DNA of 63,845 nt, the filler included, from Pelomyxa schiedti (lineage: Eukaryota > Protista > Evosea): the NCBI GenBank assembly GCA_020536535.1. It is 10 parts of 10 records of this genome, joined end to end, with 100 filler letters (N's around TTAATTAATTAA, not from the genome) between each part and the next. Parts side by side here need not be neighbours in the genome. Positions count along the whole stretch, not along the records: positions 20,619 to 28,585 come from JAHLWZ010000772.1; positions 28,686 to 58,641 come from JAHLWZ010001007.1; 8 more parts are not named here. One strand, 5' to 3'. Within the stretch, counting starts at the first letter, position 1. The number at the start of each line of letters is the position of its first letter. Position numbers and translations under genes: made by a program. The notes under the pieces were generated by a model. That model saw nothing but the letters and a program-made list of their open reading frames with translations. It did not search any database and was not told the DNA's origin. This document shows positions 23,748 through 36,135 of this stretch, in pieces.

Positions 23748-24484
23748 ATGGTGAGCGAGGGGACACTTTTTCGCCTTTTTTTCTACATGCATGAAAAACA
23801 CTCCTTGTTGACCCACAATAGTCAGGAGGAGGAATCTGCCAGCCTGTTGAGGAGGTTTTAGCCGCCTACAAGAAATTCAAAGCCGCAAGGAACCTATCTG
23901 ATGCCGCATTGATAAGTTATAAGTACCTCTAATTTTATTGCCATCACTATCAAATCACAACTTTAGTAGTTTGTTTAACTAAAAGATGGTTTTGTGTTAA
24001 GTCTTGATGGTTTTAAAGTATTTGTCTACGTATTATAGAACGCTTGTAACAACTGCTTAGTGAAAATTGACATCAAGACTCTTAAAATCATTTTGGATTG
24101 TGAGTTGAATCCTGTTACCCTTGAAGAGCTACGTGAATCCCTCCCTGATGCCTCCCCACGATACATTGCCTATGTGTAAACCATCCCAAAAACACACAAA
24201 ACCCAAACATTGACACGCTTCAAGGTACAAACAGGTGCACGGTGATGGCCGAGTGTCATATCCCATGATGTTCATTTACTACGCTCCACCGCAGCTCCGC
24301 CCTGACATCGCTATGATGTACAGCAGCTCCCTGCAGCCGCTCTACACGAAGCTTGCAATTCAAAAGGTACTTCTGCTTGGCTTACCTTCCCAATGAATGA
24401 TCGATAATATAGGTTTTTGAGCTTCAGACCCCTGAGGAACTTACAGATGAATGGATCCGAGACAAGCTCGCTATTTTCGGATAA
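23748..24484 (+). CDS. GMF: Glia maturation factor (ADF-H family)
   Basis: KIDIKTLKI...LEELRESLPDASPRYIAY...HGDGRVSYPMMFIYYAP...MMYSSS...EELTDEWIRDKL across short exons. Confidence 0.9.
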
Positions 24485-24555
24485 AAAAAATAAACCTGAT
24501 TCTATCAGAGTATCACTCTTTCTCTTTAACAACAAACTCTCAACAATCCAACAAA

Positions 24556-26930
24556 TCAAGAGGAGAACAAGTGAGGGGGAGGGGGTGATGGAGGGGGAGG
24601 TGGGTTCTTCTTAGTCTTCGCCTGAGGCCATGTATAATCCTTGCTTGTGTACACAAACCCAGCCTCACTTGCCATCTTGTCAGCTTCTGGTGGTCCGCGT
24701 GATCCCCACTGGTACTCTAATGGCTTGATATGTTTCTCCTCAAGAGTCATAAGCAGAGGTGTGAATATCTATTTTCGTGTTTAGTCAAGGTTTTGGTATT
24801 TAGGACTTATTCCGAAGCTCGGAAGTATTTATAATAGTTGAGAGTAAGAACCTTCCAAGCAGCCTGGAGCTCATCAGAGCGCACAAAGAGACTGTGATCA
24901 CCACGCACAACATCGCGAAGTAAGTGTTCATATCTGTTGTAAATTACGTGAGGTGCAGAAAACGCTGTAGGTTCTACTCACGCGTCGGGAATTATTCCTT
25001 GGTCAAACCGGGTCTGGTAGCTCAAATCAAGTTCACTTTGAACAAGACCACCACCAATTCCGGGTACCTGCCGGTTTTTGGTATGGAAAAGGAGTTGTTT
25101 TTTGGTTACCTTAGTCATCAGTTTCACATAGATTGCTGGTAATAAGGGAAGTAAGTATGCAGTCTATAAAAGAGAATCACCTTCATTGGGCTGGATGCGA
25201 ATGACGAGCTCATTTGGTAAAGCGTTGTTATCAAATAAGAAAGTTGCTGATGGTAAAAATTGTACTCGAATTTCCGCTTTCCTCTCATTCAAAGCCTATT
25301 TTAGTCTTGTTAGCTGCAAGAATAGAATGATATAAACGGACCTTGCCACATTTGAGAATCCAAGGAACACCTGCCCAACGCTTATTTTGAACACAAAGCT
25401 TACATGCAGCATAGGTGGGTGTAACACTATTCTCGGTAACACCTGGTTCATTGCAATAGTTTTCATATCTTTGTTGAGTGTGTTACATGAGGGTAAAAAA
25501 GACAGTTGTACTTACTGGCCCAAAACTGTCTCATTTACAGATATAGGAGGAATGCAGCGTAGAACTTTCAATTTTTCATCCCTGAAGTCGTTTGCTGAAA
25601 GGCACACAGGAGGTTCCATTCCGATAAGTGCTGCAACCTGCTGCATTGTTAGGTTTATCGATACACCTGTTCCCATCTTTCCTGAATTAAGTGGTTCTGC
25701 ATCACCTACAACACGATTAGGAATAACATTTTACGAGAACTGTAGGAACATCTCTAATGATTCCGTAGTTGTCAAAATATCTTTGAGGTGTTAAAGCGTA
25801 TTGCGTAGAAAAGCAGAGTGATACCCAGCTCTGCCCTCTATTCCGATTTTTTCCTTGAAACTGATGACAATGGCTTTGATGTAATGTCTATTCCAGAGAG
25901 GTTCAAATATAGTGTTCGCGAATCTACATAAACTATCATTAGTTGATCGGATCGAGTGAGTTCTCTACCTTAAAGTTAACAAGTTCATCACCATTTCTTT
26001 ACCAAGGTAGTGATCAATGCGAAAAATCATGTCTTCATCAAAGAATTGCGACAATTCCTTCTGTAAGGCATTACTAGAGTCCTCATCACTTCCAAATGGT
26101 TTCTCAACAACCACACGATTCCACCCTGAAGCAATTATGAAGAGGAAGGAAAGGATTTCACCAACGAACCTGATGTCGAAAGGAGATGCGAACCTATTTG
26201 CTTGGAAACAACTGCATACACTGAAGGAGGCAAACTAAAGTAGAACACCCTGTTTGACTTCACTTCACTCGAAGTCCTGCTTTTTGCTTTCTCCAGTTGG
26301 TGCAGGTATTGATGTTGCTCAATCTGTCCTATCTCTTTTGCAAGCCTCATAATATCACTACTGGAGGCGTAATCGCCAATCACATAATGGACTTTGCTCA
26401 GAAACGCCAATGTGGTGGGTATGTATGGAATCGAATTGTCTGCAGAAAACTGTAGGAGAGTGGATGACAACAACTCCCTGAATTGCTGGGAGTCGTAATG
26501 CGTCCTTCCGAACCCAACAAATTGAATAGTCCTCGGAACCAAGTGGTGGTGCTGGAAGGGGTCAGGTTCAAGGTATTCAGCATAAACGGACACACAAAGA
26601 GACTGAGAAAAGCAGGGAAGAGTTTGCGCTTGGCTAGGTCACCAGAGGCACCAAAAACAGTAATAGAATAAACTACGTTTGGTTCCTCTCCATCCCATTC
26701 GTGAGGGTCACTTGGACCAAATCCATCCCCAAGGTTACCTTTTTCTGCCACTCTGCAATATATACAAGTCAAATTTATCCAAACGATGCAAATAATTAAT
26801 AATTAAACCTTAAGAAAACCAAATAACATAGGAAAATGCTTCAAGAAGTACCTATGGGTGACCCCAAAACAAGCAGCTTGACATGGTTGTTGCTCTCCTC
26901 CAGTTGGTACTCCTATTGCTACAATGGAAG
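24556..26930 (-). CDS. G6PD: Glucose-6-phosphate 1-dehydrogenase (5' end uncertain)
   Basis: [53 protein letters not shown]. Confidence 0.95.
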
Positions 26931-27341
26931 CAAGGAAAAAAAAAAAAAAATTCATCCGTATTAGAAAATAGCCATAAATTACAAAAGCAGACGATTACCC
27001 GCGGAGATCATCGTCTATTGGTCTTGTTGTTAAAATATTCTGGCCCAATATAAATGGTCGTTTCCGGATATGACGACATAGTCACAGCGCACCCCTCCAA
27101 CAGCCACTTTCGCGAATTGACTGTTCAATCAAAGAGTTCCAAGTTGGGTTTCCCCAGAAATATCCTCTGAGGACTTTCCAGTCCCCTCCTACTGTCAGTA
27201 CAGTTCCACACCACGCCTAAAAAAGACACAACGACTTGGGGCAAAAAATGGTACTATTTGTACAATGTATATGGCATATTCACATGATTGGGATGTGGGT
27301 GCCTTGGGCAGTGGTACTTGATTGGGGGGGGGGGAGGGGAA

Positions 27342-27656
27342 TGTCTCATTGTGACCAACAGGCTGCTGCGCAGTGGGGGGTTTTGCACGAGAATCAGAAT
27401 TGGGGTGGCATTGAATGGGGGATTGCAGCTGGATTACCCCACGAGCACCCACCCAACAACCCCCCGTTTACACCCAGTACTCCGCGGGGGATTCCCAGCC
27501 CAGTTGGGTTTGGTCTGGGAATTGTTTGGGGTTGCCAAAGACCCCCGCGGTACTTGGGTGACAACAGGGGAAGGGTGCTCATGGGAGCCGACCCTCCAAT
27601 TCTGAATTCTCTTTGGGGGTGTGTGCAAGCGGTAGCCATTTGAAATGGTCAAGACA
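27342..27656. ncRNA. Candidate structured RNA or decayed foldback element (nested long-range stems)
   Basis: Six nested complementary segments closing on two terminal hairpins; no convincing ORF. Details are under findings. Confidence 0.35.
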
Positions 27657-27695
27657 CGGCTGGAGATTACCACCGGGATTGATAGCATTGGACCA

Positions 27696-28200
27696 GGATG
27701 GATTTTGCAGGCAGAATTCGCTTTGGGCACCCATGACCGCACTGTGAAATTGTGAGTTGGGAGAAAAAACCACAGCTGTTCATTTAAANNNNNNNNNNNN
27801 NNNNNNNNNNNNNNNNNNNNNNNNNNNNNNNNNNNNNNNNNNNNNNNNNNNNNNNNNNNNNNNNNNNNNNNNNNNNNNNNNNNNNNNNGGATGGATTTTG
27901 CAGGCAGAATTCGCTTTGGGCACCCATGACCGCACTGTGAAATTGTGAGTTGGGAGAAAAAACCACAGCTGTTCATTTAAAATACCTTGTGTTTTGTGGT
28001 CGAGTCACCAGAATATGTCATGTGAAAAACTGCTTTGCCACCCCGAGGAAGTATCAATTTCCGGGAATCGATCGGGTAAAAACCGTGCGGTTAAGAGCGA
28101 AAGAGTTCCCTGAGCCGGCTGTGAAATTGTGAGTTGGGACAAATAAGCGCAGGTGTGTTCATAACAATACCTTGTGAGGTGCCTTTTAGAGTCACCTGGC
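27696..28200 (+). repeat. Direct repeats sharing the core CTGTGAAATTGTGAGTTGGGA
   Basis: Core at 27742, 27935 and 28119. The first two copies are identical over ~90 bp and flank an N gap. Confidence 0.75.
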
Positions 28201-28697
28201 TGCTGCAGAGATATCTCTTTGTATTACATTGGATCAAAACCCCAGTTTGTAGTTGTAGTAGCAGTAGAATGTGAGCGCTTGCTAGCTCCCTCGGAGAGGC
28301 AATTCTTCGTCGCCGGGAATTTGACCGCCGAAAGTAGATTTTGTTCATTGGTTGTCAAGACGACTGTTGATTGGGGTGAGTTGGGATAAGAACCACGAAA
28401 CTGTGCAACAGTACCTTGCGCGGTGGCGGTACAAGAACAGCCCAACATCCGGCTGGACACAACGCGGTGATTTCTTTGTGGATGTGTGAAATTGCCTCTG
28501 CACAATATAATCATCCGCCACACTCGACGCAGTGTGGAATCGGCAAGATGATCACATAGAGAGCTACGTAATATTTGTTTTCTCGNNNNNNNNNNNNNNN
28601 NNNNNNNNNNNNNNNNNNNNNNNNNNNNNTTAATTAATTAANNNNNNNNNNNNNNNNNNNNNNNNNNNNNNNNNNNNNNNNNNNNCCGATTTGACTG

Positions 28698-28794
28698 CAA
28701 AAAGTGCATCATCACCGCCCAAAATCACCGCCCGGGCGGTGATTTTGGGCGGTGATGATGCACTTTTTGTAGGGAAAAAAATCACCGCCCACTG
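28698..28794. repeat. Perfect 72-bp palindrome with ATCACCGCCC subrepeats; possible end of a hAT-like MITE
   Basis: 28698-28733 is the exact reverse complement of 28734-28769. A further AAAATCACCGCCC precedes a terminal CACTG. Confidence 0.7.
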
Positions 28795-28834
28795 ATCCAG
28801 ATATGTTCGCCGATCCCCAAGGGGTCCAATCCAA

Positions 28835-31800
28835 ATGAGCACCACGCCGACCAGCACGACGCCCAGCAAGCGACCAGCGGTCATGTGCCCCTACTGCGTC
28901 AGCGAGCGCAGGGCACGCGAGAAGCGACTCCGCAAGAGCAGCGCCGGGTGCAGCCCCGCCGCGGCGGCTGCGCCACCCCCGCCCCCGGTGGGGTGTCCTA
29001 TTGTCATAATAGACGACGACGACGACGAGGACGAGGACGAGGTGGACAAGGAGGAGGAGGAGGTCGGTGGCGCGGTGCACGACGGACACGAGAAGCGCAG
29101 GGCGGCGCAGGGCACGCGGAGCAAGAAAGGCGGGCAGGGCGAGGCTCCCGTAATCGTGATCAGCAGTAGCAGCGAGGGCGAGGAGGAAAGCGAGGCTGCT
29201 GACATTGGCAAGAGCGGGGCCAGGGGCGGAGCGGCAATGGGGACGGACAAGGTGCAGGCTAGCGCGGCAGCAGTTATGGGAGCGAAAGAACCGCAACCGG
29301 CAGTGGTGGCAGAAGTGGCAGTGGTGAGGGCAGATGACTCAACCAAACTTGTGGGAGAGGTGGTTGATAATCCACAGGAATGCGAACGAGAACGAAGCAA
29401 TGCAGCCACAAACGTTCCAGGGGAGGAAAATGCAAACTCAAAACCAAACCTTAGTGAAATTGACACACATGAAAAATCTGAACAAGACACTATTACCACT
29501 CCATCACCATTTTTGCCCGTGCCACAAGCCTATGATTCCTTCAATGACACTGATTTCATTTTTGATGAAAGCATCCTGGACGATACTTTCGCTGCAATGT
29601 CAAAGCAGTCTAATCACACTACTGAAACTACTTCTACCTCTACCTCTATTGAAAATACAAGTTGTGGGAACCCAACAACAAACCCTGACACAAACTCTGC
29701 ATCAACAGCAACCACTGATTGTAGAAACAGTAATTTAAATGTGTCTCAAAAACTAGATGTTGTCATACCACCCTGCCGAAGTCCCCTTGTGTCACCTTCA
29801 AAACCCTCTTCAAGTTCACTGCTAAGTGATCTGTCTCCCTCAGAGATTGATGCTCTGAATGCCATGGCCGAAGAACTTGCCTGCATGCCAAGTGAAAATG
29901 TAATTACCGTGCACCCCTCTCATTTTTCTTACGTTGTTACTATATACCAGCTTTTTACCACTGGTTCCTTACAACAAACAAAGTATGTAGCCTTTTAAAT
30001 CGAGTGACTAACTCGAACAAGATTTTTACAAATTCGGGTAAACGAAATCACAAGAGAGGGAGGAGCAAGTGTTACTGCCTTCACGGGAACCTGTTGCAAT
30101 GTGGATGGCAGAGTCGATTTGCAACTCCCTGTCACCATACAGCTGGAGGGCATATGGCGCCTTTCGCCAATTGAGGTGTGTTCTCTCTAACTTCAGCTTT
30201 TTATAAAAATCCCCAGAATGGCTCTGTGGTTCATGTCATTGGCGGGCACCATTCAGCGTACAGTGTGATCACTCTTCAGGACTCCGAAGGGATTATCAGT
30301 AACTCCACCTGGTACTAGCGATCATAATTAATTTGCTTTACAGTTGTGCACCCTGAGATTTTAATATCAGCATCACTTCTGGGAGCTACCTCTCCATGTC
30401 TCAGGCAATCAGTTCTACGGAATACCGTTAAGGTGACACTTGTTACACTGTTTCCCAGACTTAATGGTTGAGCCGACTGATGCTGTCTCTTTAGAACGTT
30501 GGTACTACAAAAGCATCACTGATTGGTCAGATTAGTCATTCAATATTTGAAGAGGCCCTAAGTAGTTCTTCATTTACTGAATCTACAGTAGCTAAAGCCA
30601 TGGATGATGTAGTTTTCTTGTTCTGTATCTGGCTCTAATATAATCACAAGATTATCCAAGACAATATTCCCTCTCTCTTTGCTGTTGGGCTCACTGACCA
30701 AGCAACCCGATCTTCCCTTTTACCAACAATTGCAACTATTTCGAAATGGGCTTCCACGTTTTTACCTACAATAACGCACCTAACCAAATCTCTGGTAATA
30801 TTCTTCACAGTTGAGTTATCTCCAACAAACATACTAGGGTTCTTGCCCACCAGAAGTTTATTTTGGACATGAACGGAAAACTGTGAAGATTACCTCTGTA
30901 CTAGGAATTGAAGAGGGCATTTGGTCTTTGATGTATGGTGTGAAAGGTACATTCCGAAGTACATGACAATCCACACTTAATCGCTCAGGCATTCTGGATG
31001 CACATATTAGAGCTGAAGTGGATGGAGTTTCTTCTGAAATTCCCCTGGAATTGAAAACAGGAAAACCTCATACAGACCACAAAGCACAAGTATGAAAATG
31101 GTTTATTTCGCACTTCTATAAACTCTTGTAGGTGCTACTTTACATGCTCTTAATGTCCGAACACTTCAGTACCCTTCCTTATTGTTTTCTTTTTGTTTAA
31201 CGTCACTAAGAAACTGAAACCAGCAAGGGCTTGTTGTATTACATGAACGGCCGTGCGAGTCCCGTTTTTTTGAAGATTAAATTATTCCATTTTTGAACTA
31301 AACACTAATAGATAACAGATTTGGTATTGGTAATATGATGGGCATATCCTCGTCATGTACAGAGGTTTTTCCCCTGTTGCCTAACTGCTGTAATGACACC
31401 TCTTCCAAGTTAGCAGCAATTCTTCACCAGAGGAACATGCTTGCTACTGCTCTATCGACACACATTTTACCACCTACTTGCCTCTCAAGCGAGTGTTCCT
31501 CTTGCTCCAACTCGTTTACGTGTGCCCTTTTTAACAAGGTGCTCCAACATGAACTTCTTTTATTCGGACACTGAAACTAATACAGGCCTTTGAGCAAGGA
31601 GACCTGGTAAAAGTTAATCCTCTTGTATCCCACTTACTGCCAGCGCACTTTCTTTTTTTTCGAAAATGGAGTCGGCTCATCTCGCTCGAGGCACAAAGTG
31701 GGCACCAGGTGTTCTTAGACCTAATATCCAAGACCCCATCCAAGAGAGAGTTATCTGGAAGGTAATTTATTGTTTTTTTTGAATTCACTTTAATGTGTAA

Positions 31801-34267
31801 CCGCTGCTCCAGTTGCTTGTGCAATTTGACTCTCCATACCTCACTTCGCCAGGGGTTTCATTACTTTCATACTTTTTTTACACAAAATAGTACTGTAGTG
31901 CCCTTGTCTTTCAACGATTTTTATTTTAAGCTTTTGTGAAACAGAAATATTAAAAGAAATAGGTAACCCCTACTTTGGTGTTGGAGACTCGGTTCTTATG
32001 ACTCATACCAAATGCGTAGCCATTGTTTATCGCGGGCGTATTGTGGAAGTTGATTCTAAGAAAATAGTTGTTCAATCTGATTCACTCGTATAAGCTCTAT
32101 GTAATAGGAATGAGCAAATGACTTCAAATTAGTTAAGAGGTGGCCAGCTGGATATTGAAGATATGGCATCACATATGTCATGGAATATTGACAAAGAAGA
32201 CGAAACATCCAGTTTTCCTCATATGCAGGTTATTGCAGTAGTTCTGCTAAACTAAATCTCATATTTCCCAGTCGAACCTGTGTGCTCTCTTCGAGAATAA
32301 CCCTACAGCAGCAAAAATTCGAAGCTTATTGATTGATCTTGTCACTCCACGATTTGACACTGTTCCAGAGTCGGATGAAACCCTTTCTCAGCAGTGAGTT
32401 TATGGGGTAAAAACACCTTATTTTATCTGTTCTCTATAGACTATTTCCGCTCAGTCAGAGCCTCAGTTACAATAATTTGAATGTTCAACAAAAGTTTGCA
32501 ATCAAGCGGGCACTAGCAGCAAAAGATTATTTACTCATCCATGGAATGCCAGGAACTGGAAAGACTACAACCATTGCATACCTTGTATGGAAAAATGTGA
32601 TTTTGTACCTAACTCCTCCAGGTCCAAGCACTTGTCCATAGAGGAAAACGAGTTCTGATAGTTGCCTATACCCACAATGCAATTGACAACGTTCTACTGA
32701 AATTAATAGATCTTAAAATTCGCTTTTTGAGAATAGGACGGCCTGAAACAGTTAACAGAGCCAATTATCAATATTTCTCTCATTAATTGTAGGTGCATGT
32801 CAAAGTAAAACCCTACGCAACTGAAGAAAATAAATCCCTCACAATTGATGCACTAAAAGGTTCCTGCTCAATATATTTTCAAATCTCATTCCCTTCTTAG
32901 CCCTTCTGGACTCCACCCAAGTTATTGGAGCAACGTGCCTTGGTGTCAAGAATGTTATTGTCAAGAGTCAACACTACGACTGTTGTATTGTGGACGAAGC
33001 AAGTCAAATAACTGTGCCGGTTTGTTTGCCCCCTATCATGCTTTCGAGCCGCTTCATTCTCGTGGGTGATCACATGCAAGTTTGTCGTTTCTGAAAAAAT
33101 ATTTAAACTAACCGGCTCAAGCTCCCGCCCCTTGTGAGAAGTGAGCCGGCAAAGCAGGAAGGATTCGACAAAAGTTTATTTTTCCTTCTTTCAGAATCTC
33201 ACCCGGAGGTAGTCATCAGTGAGCTCAAAGTGAGCTAAAAATATACCAGGCTGTGATCGAGCTGTACTTACAATACAGAATGAATTCTGACATCATGCTT
33301 ATTGCCAATAAGCTTGTTTACTCTGATAAGCTCAAGTGCATTGACACCACCGTCGAAAACGTATACACCCATTCATGTTTAAGGTTATCACGCTATTAGG
33401 CAAAGCTTGATGTTCGAAATCATAGAGCGACTTCCCCTCGTTGGGTCTATGAGTGCCTTGAACCAAGGTAAAATAAAAGTAAAATAGTAAAGTCTGCCTG
33501 ACCACCACAGTCGGAAGGTTATTTTCCTGGATACAGATAATGTTCCAGCACAGGAATTTCACTCTGGAGGTTCCGTCTGGAATGACACAGAGGCATTGAT
33601 CGTTTGTATGGTAATAATTTCCCTCCTGTATGAAAGAAATAGTAACCACACGTATCTCAAAAAACCACCAGATTATTTCTGAGCTGGTTTCTTGTGGAAT
33701 ACAATGCCAGAGCATCGGAGTCATAACACCATACAGAGGACAGACAAGGTGCATAGCCGCGGCCCTTAAGCAAGAGCTACGAGCACAACCGCAGGCCGTA
33801 GGGGAAGTTGAAGTTCATACAATTGACAGTTACCAAGGAAGGGACAAAGATTGCGTAATATTTTCCATGGTCTGCAGCAACCCGGAACTCAGGGTATTTA
33901 TTTGTTTTTATCTATCCCTATCACATCCGTACCCTCCTTCTAAATCTAAAGTCTAATTCACACCAACCCTAAGGTTGGGGACCTTTTGGAGGACCTCAGG
34001 AGGATCAATGTTGCCTGCACTCGAGCTAAAAAGAAGCTTGTGTTTGTAGGCTCCCGTCGCACAATGGATCAAAGCGGAATCTGGCAACAATTCCTTGCAC
34101 TAGCACAATCCAGAGGCTGGGTAAGGAATCATTATTTGAATACCAAACAAAACACAAAAACACATGAGCAACCAACTTTCGTCTCACATACTATATAGAT
34201 TTACTCCATGCCACCCCGTCCCCAGAGCCTCCCTAACAAACCACTCCACGTCGGCGACCTACCTTAA
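28835..34267 (+). CDS. DNA2: DNA replication helicase/nuclease DNA2 (many short exons)
   Basis: Nuclease motifs [27 protein letters not shown] and a CxxCx5C Fe-S cluster motif; helicase motifs [34 protein letters not shown] and [14 protein letters not shown]. Confidence 0.93.
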
Positions 34268-34392
34268 AAAGAAATAAATTCCGCTAATTGAACCCTTCTC
34301 GTTTGGCATCTGTGCAGGTGAAATGAGTAACGGTGACAGCGTGAGGCATCGAGTAGGCAAGAGTTTTGAGTACCGAAAATATGCAAGCAACA

Positions 34393-36013
34393 ATGGGTGG
34401 GACTGTTTCCAAAGACAGCAACAAATGGGACAGCGATGGACCACAAAGGGCATTAGATCTAAGTACCTACGCCGCAACGTCGACAAGTGATGAATATGTA
34501 CGGGGATGTGGTAGTTGCGATGGATGCGTCGCTCAACAGGCGGCGCGACAGGATTGTGGGTTTACAGAGAGCGGCGCCGAAGCGGTGATTCTACGCGACG
34601 AACGAACAAAGGGAGAAAAAGTTGGCTCTGAGGGTGCCAAAGATGGTGTTGGTGCTTTGAGGACTGACTGGTTTGTACTGGTGAACACGAAAAGTGGTGG
34701 GAGGCACGTTGGGCACAGACTGCTTGTCAAGTTTGCCAAAGTTCTTCCAAGCAACCAGGTATTTCGGAGCAGTTGCTTTTGTTTTTAATTCGTGTGTGCA
34801 GGGGAAACACTTCGTGTATTAAAAATTAATAAGTTAACTTCAACGAAAAGTTGTCCTACAGGAGACTCTTTCTCACACTGTGTAGGTTTGTAACCTTGCA
34901 GAGTATGGCAGCCTGGAAGGCATTTTGCCTCTCATACAGAGAACTCCAAATGCCAAAGTACTTATCGCTGGGGGGAATGGAACGTCTCAAACTGTTATGA
35001 CGGCACTGGAACACCTTGATGGGCGGAACGGCGTTACCGTTGGTCTTGTGCCAATTGGTGTGGGGAACGACCTCGGACGAGTCTTTGGGTGGCTTGGTGC
35101 TGCAAAGTTAGACAATGCTGTAGATATTCTGCATCTTTTGGATGGTGCACAGCTTCAAATGTTGGACAGGTGGCAAGTATCAAGTGTTTCACATGTATCT
35201 GGTAAAGCTCAAACTATTTTGAAGAAGTCTAATACGGACTCTAGCAAAATTGGATACTATCCTGTCTTCATTTACTGCCCAAAACTTGAACTCCAGCAGT
35301 AATCCTGTGAATCAGGATTGCAATGAAGTTCGAGGTTACACAATGAGCAACTACTTCACTATAGGACCTGATGCCCGTGTAATTAAACTCTTTGACTCAT
35401 GGCGTAGTCGGCATCCCTCTTTATTCTTCAGCCGCCGTATAAACATGTGCATGTACTTCTTGTTTGGGTTTGGTGTTGCACTCTCGCATAAAATACCCCC
35501 GCTGAGAGAATATGCTTCTATTTTCCTTGATGACTCTCCATCCCCACTTGCACTTCCTTCCAACGTGTGCGGAATCATTGTATCCAATCTCCCTTCAATC
35601 TTTGGAGGAATAAAACCGTGGGGAAAATGGGATGATTCCTCCACTGGCACCACATTCAGTTATGAGGTAATACTCCCTTCTCAATTGCCAACCGATTCTC
35701 TAACACATAAAAGCCAGTGTGTGATGATGGCTTGTTTGAAATCACTGGAATCAACAATGTATGGCATCTGGGCAAACTTCTTCTTGGATCCCAAGCAGTG
35801 CGACTAGGACAGGCAAGGAAAATGCGGATAGTAACAACCACCCCCACCGACGCCCAGATTGACGGAGAGCCTGTGCCACTTCCGCCATCAGTTACCACTA
35901 TCAGCCATAAATCACAACAAAGGCTTCTCTACCGGCCTCACACCATATCCAACAGGGTTTGCCCCAGTGGTGCCTTACCCACCCTCCTACTACAATCTTC
36001 ATCCAGCACATAG
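34393..36013 (+). CDS. Diacylglycerol kinase family protein (DAGKc plus DAGKa), MGxxxS start
   Basis: LVNTKSGG, IAGGNGT, PIGVGNDLGR, LDRW, NYFTIGPDA, DDGLFEI, QIDGEP. Confidence 0.9.
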
Positions 36014-36135
36014 TAAACCCTACCCCAGTACACCGAGATATCGCACCATGGACAAAACTAATACTTGTTTCCGAATTCTCCTTATTGTTCTTTTACTACC
36101 ATCACTCTACGAAGGCACAAAAAATCCCCCCAGCG

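Noticed and set aside
27050-27190. GGAAAGTCC on the minus strand suggesting RNase P/MRP RNA
   Set aside because: No matching CR-V motif or P4 pairing was found.
29999-33960. Stop-rich coding regions suggesting an alternative genetic code
   Set aside because: In the genes I traced, short GT-AG introns explain the stops and the standard code gives the conserved motifs.
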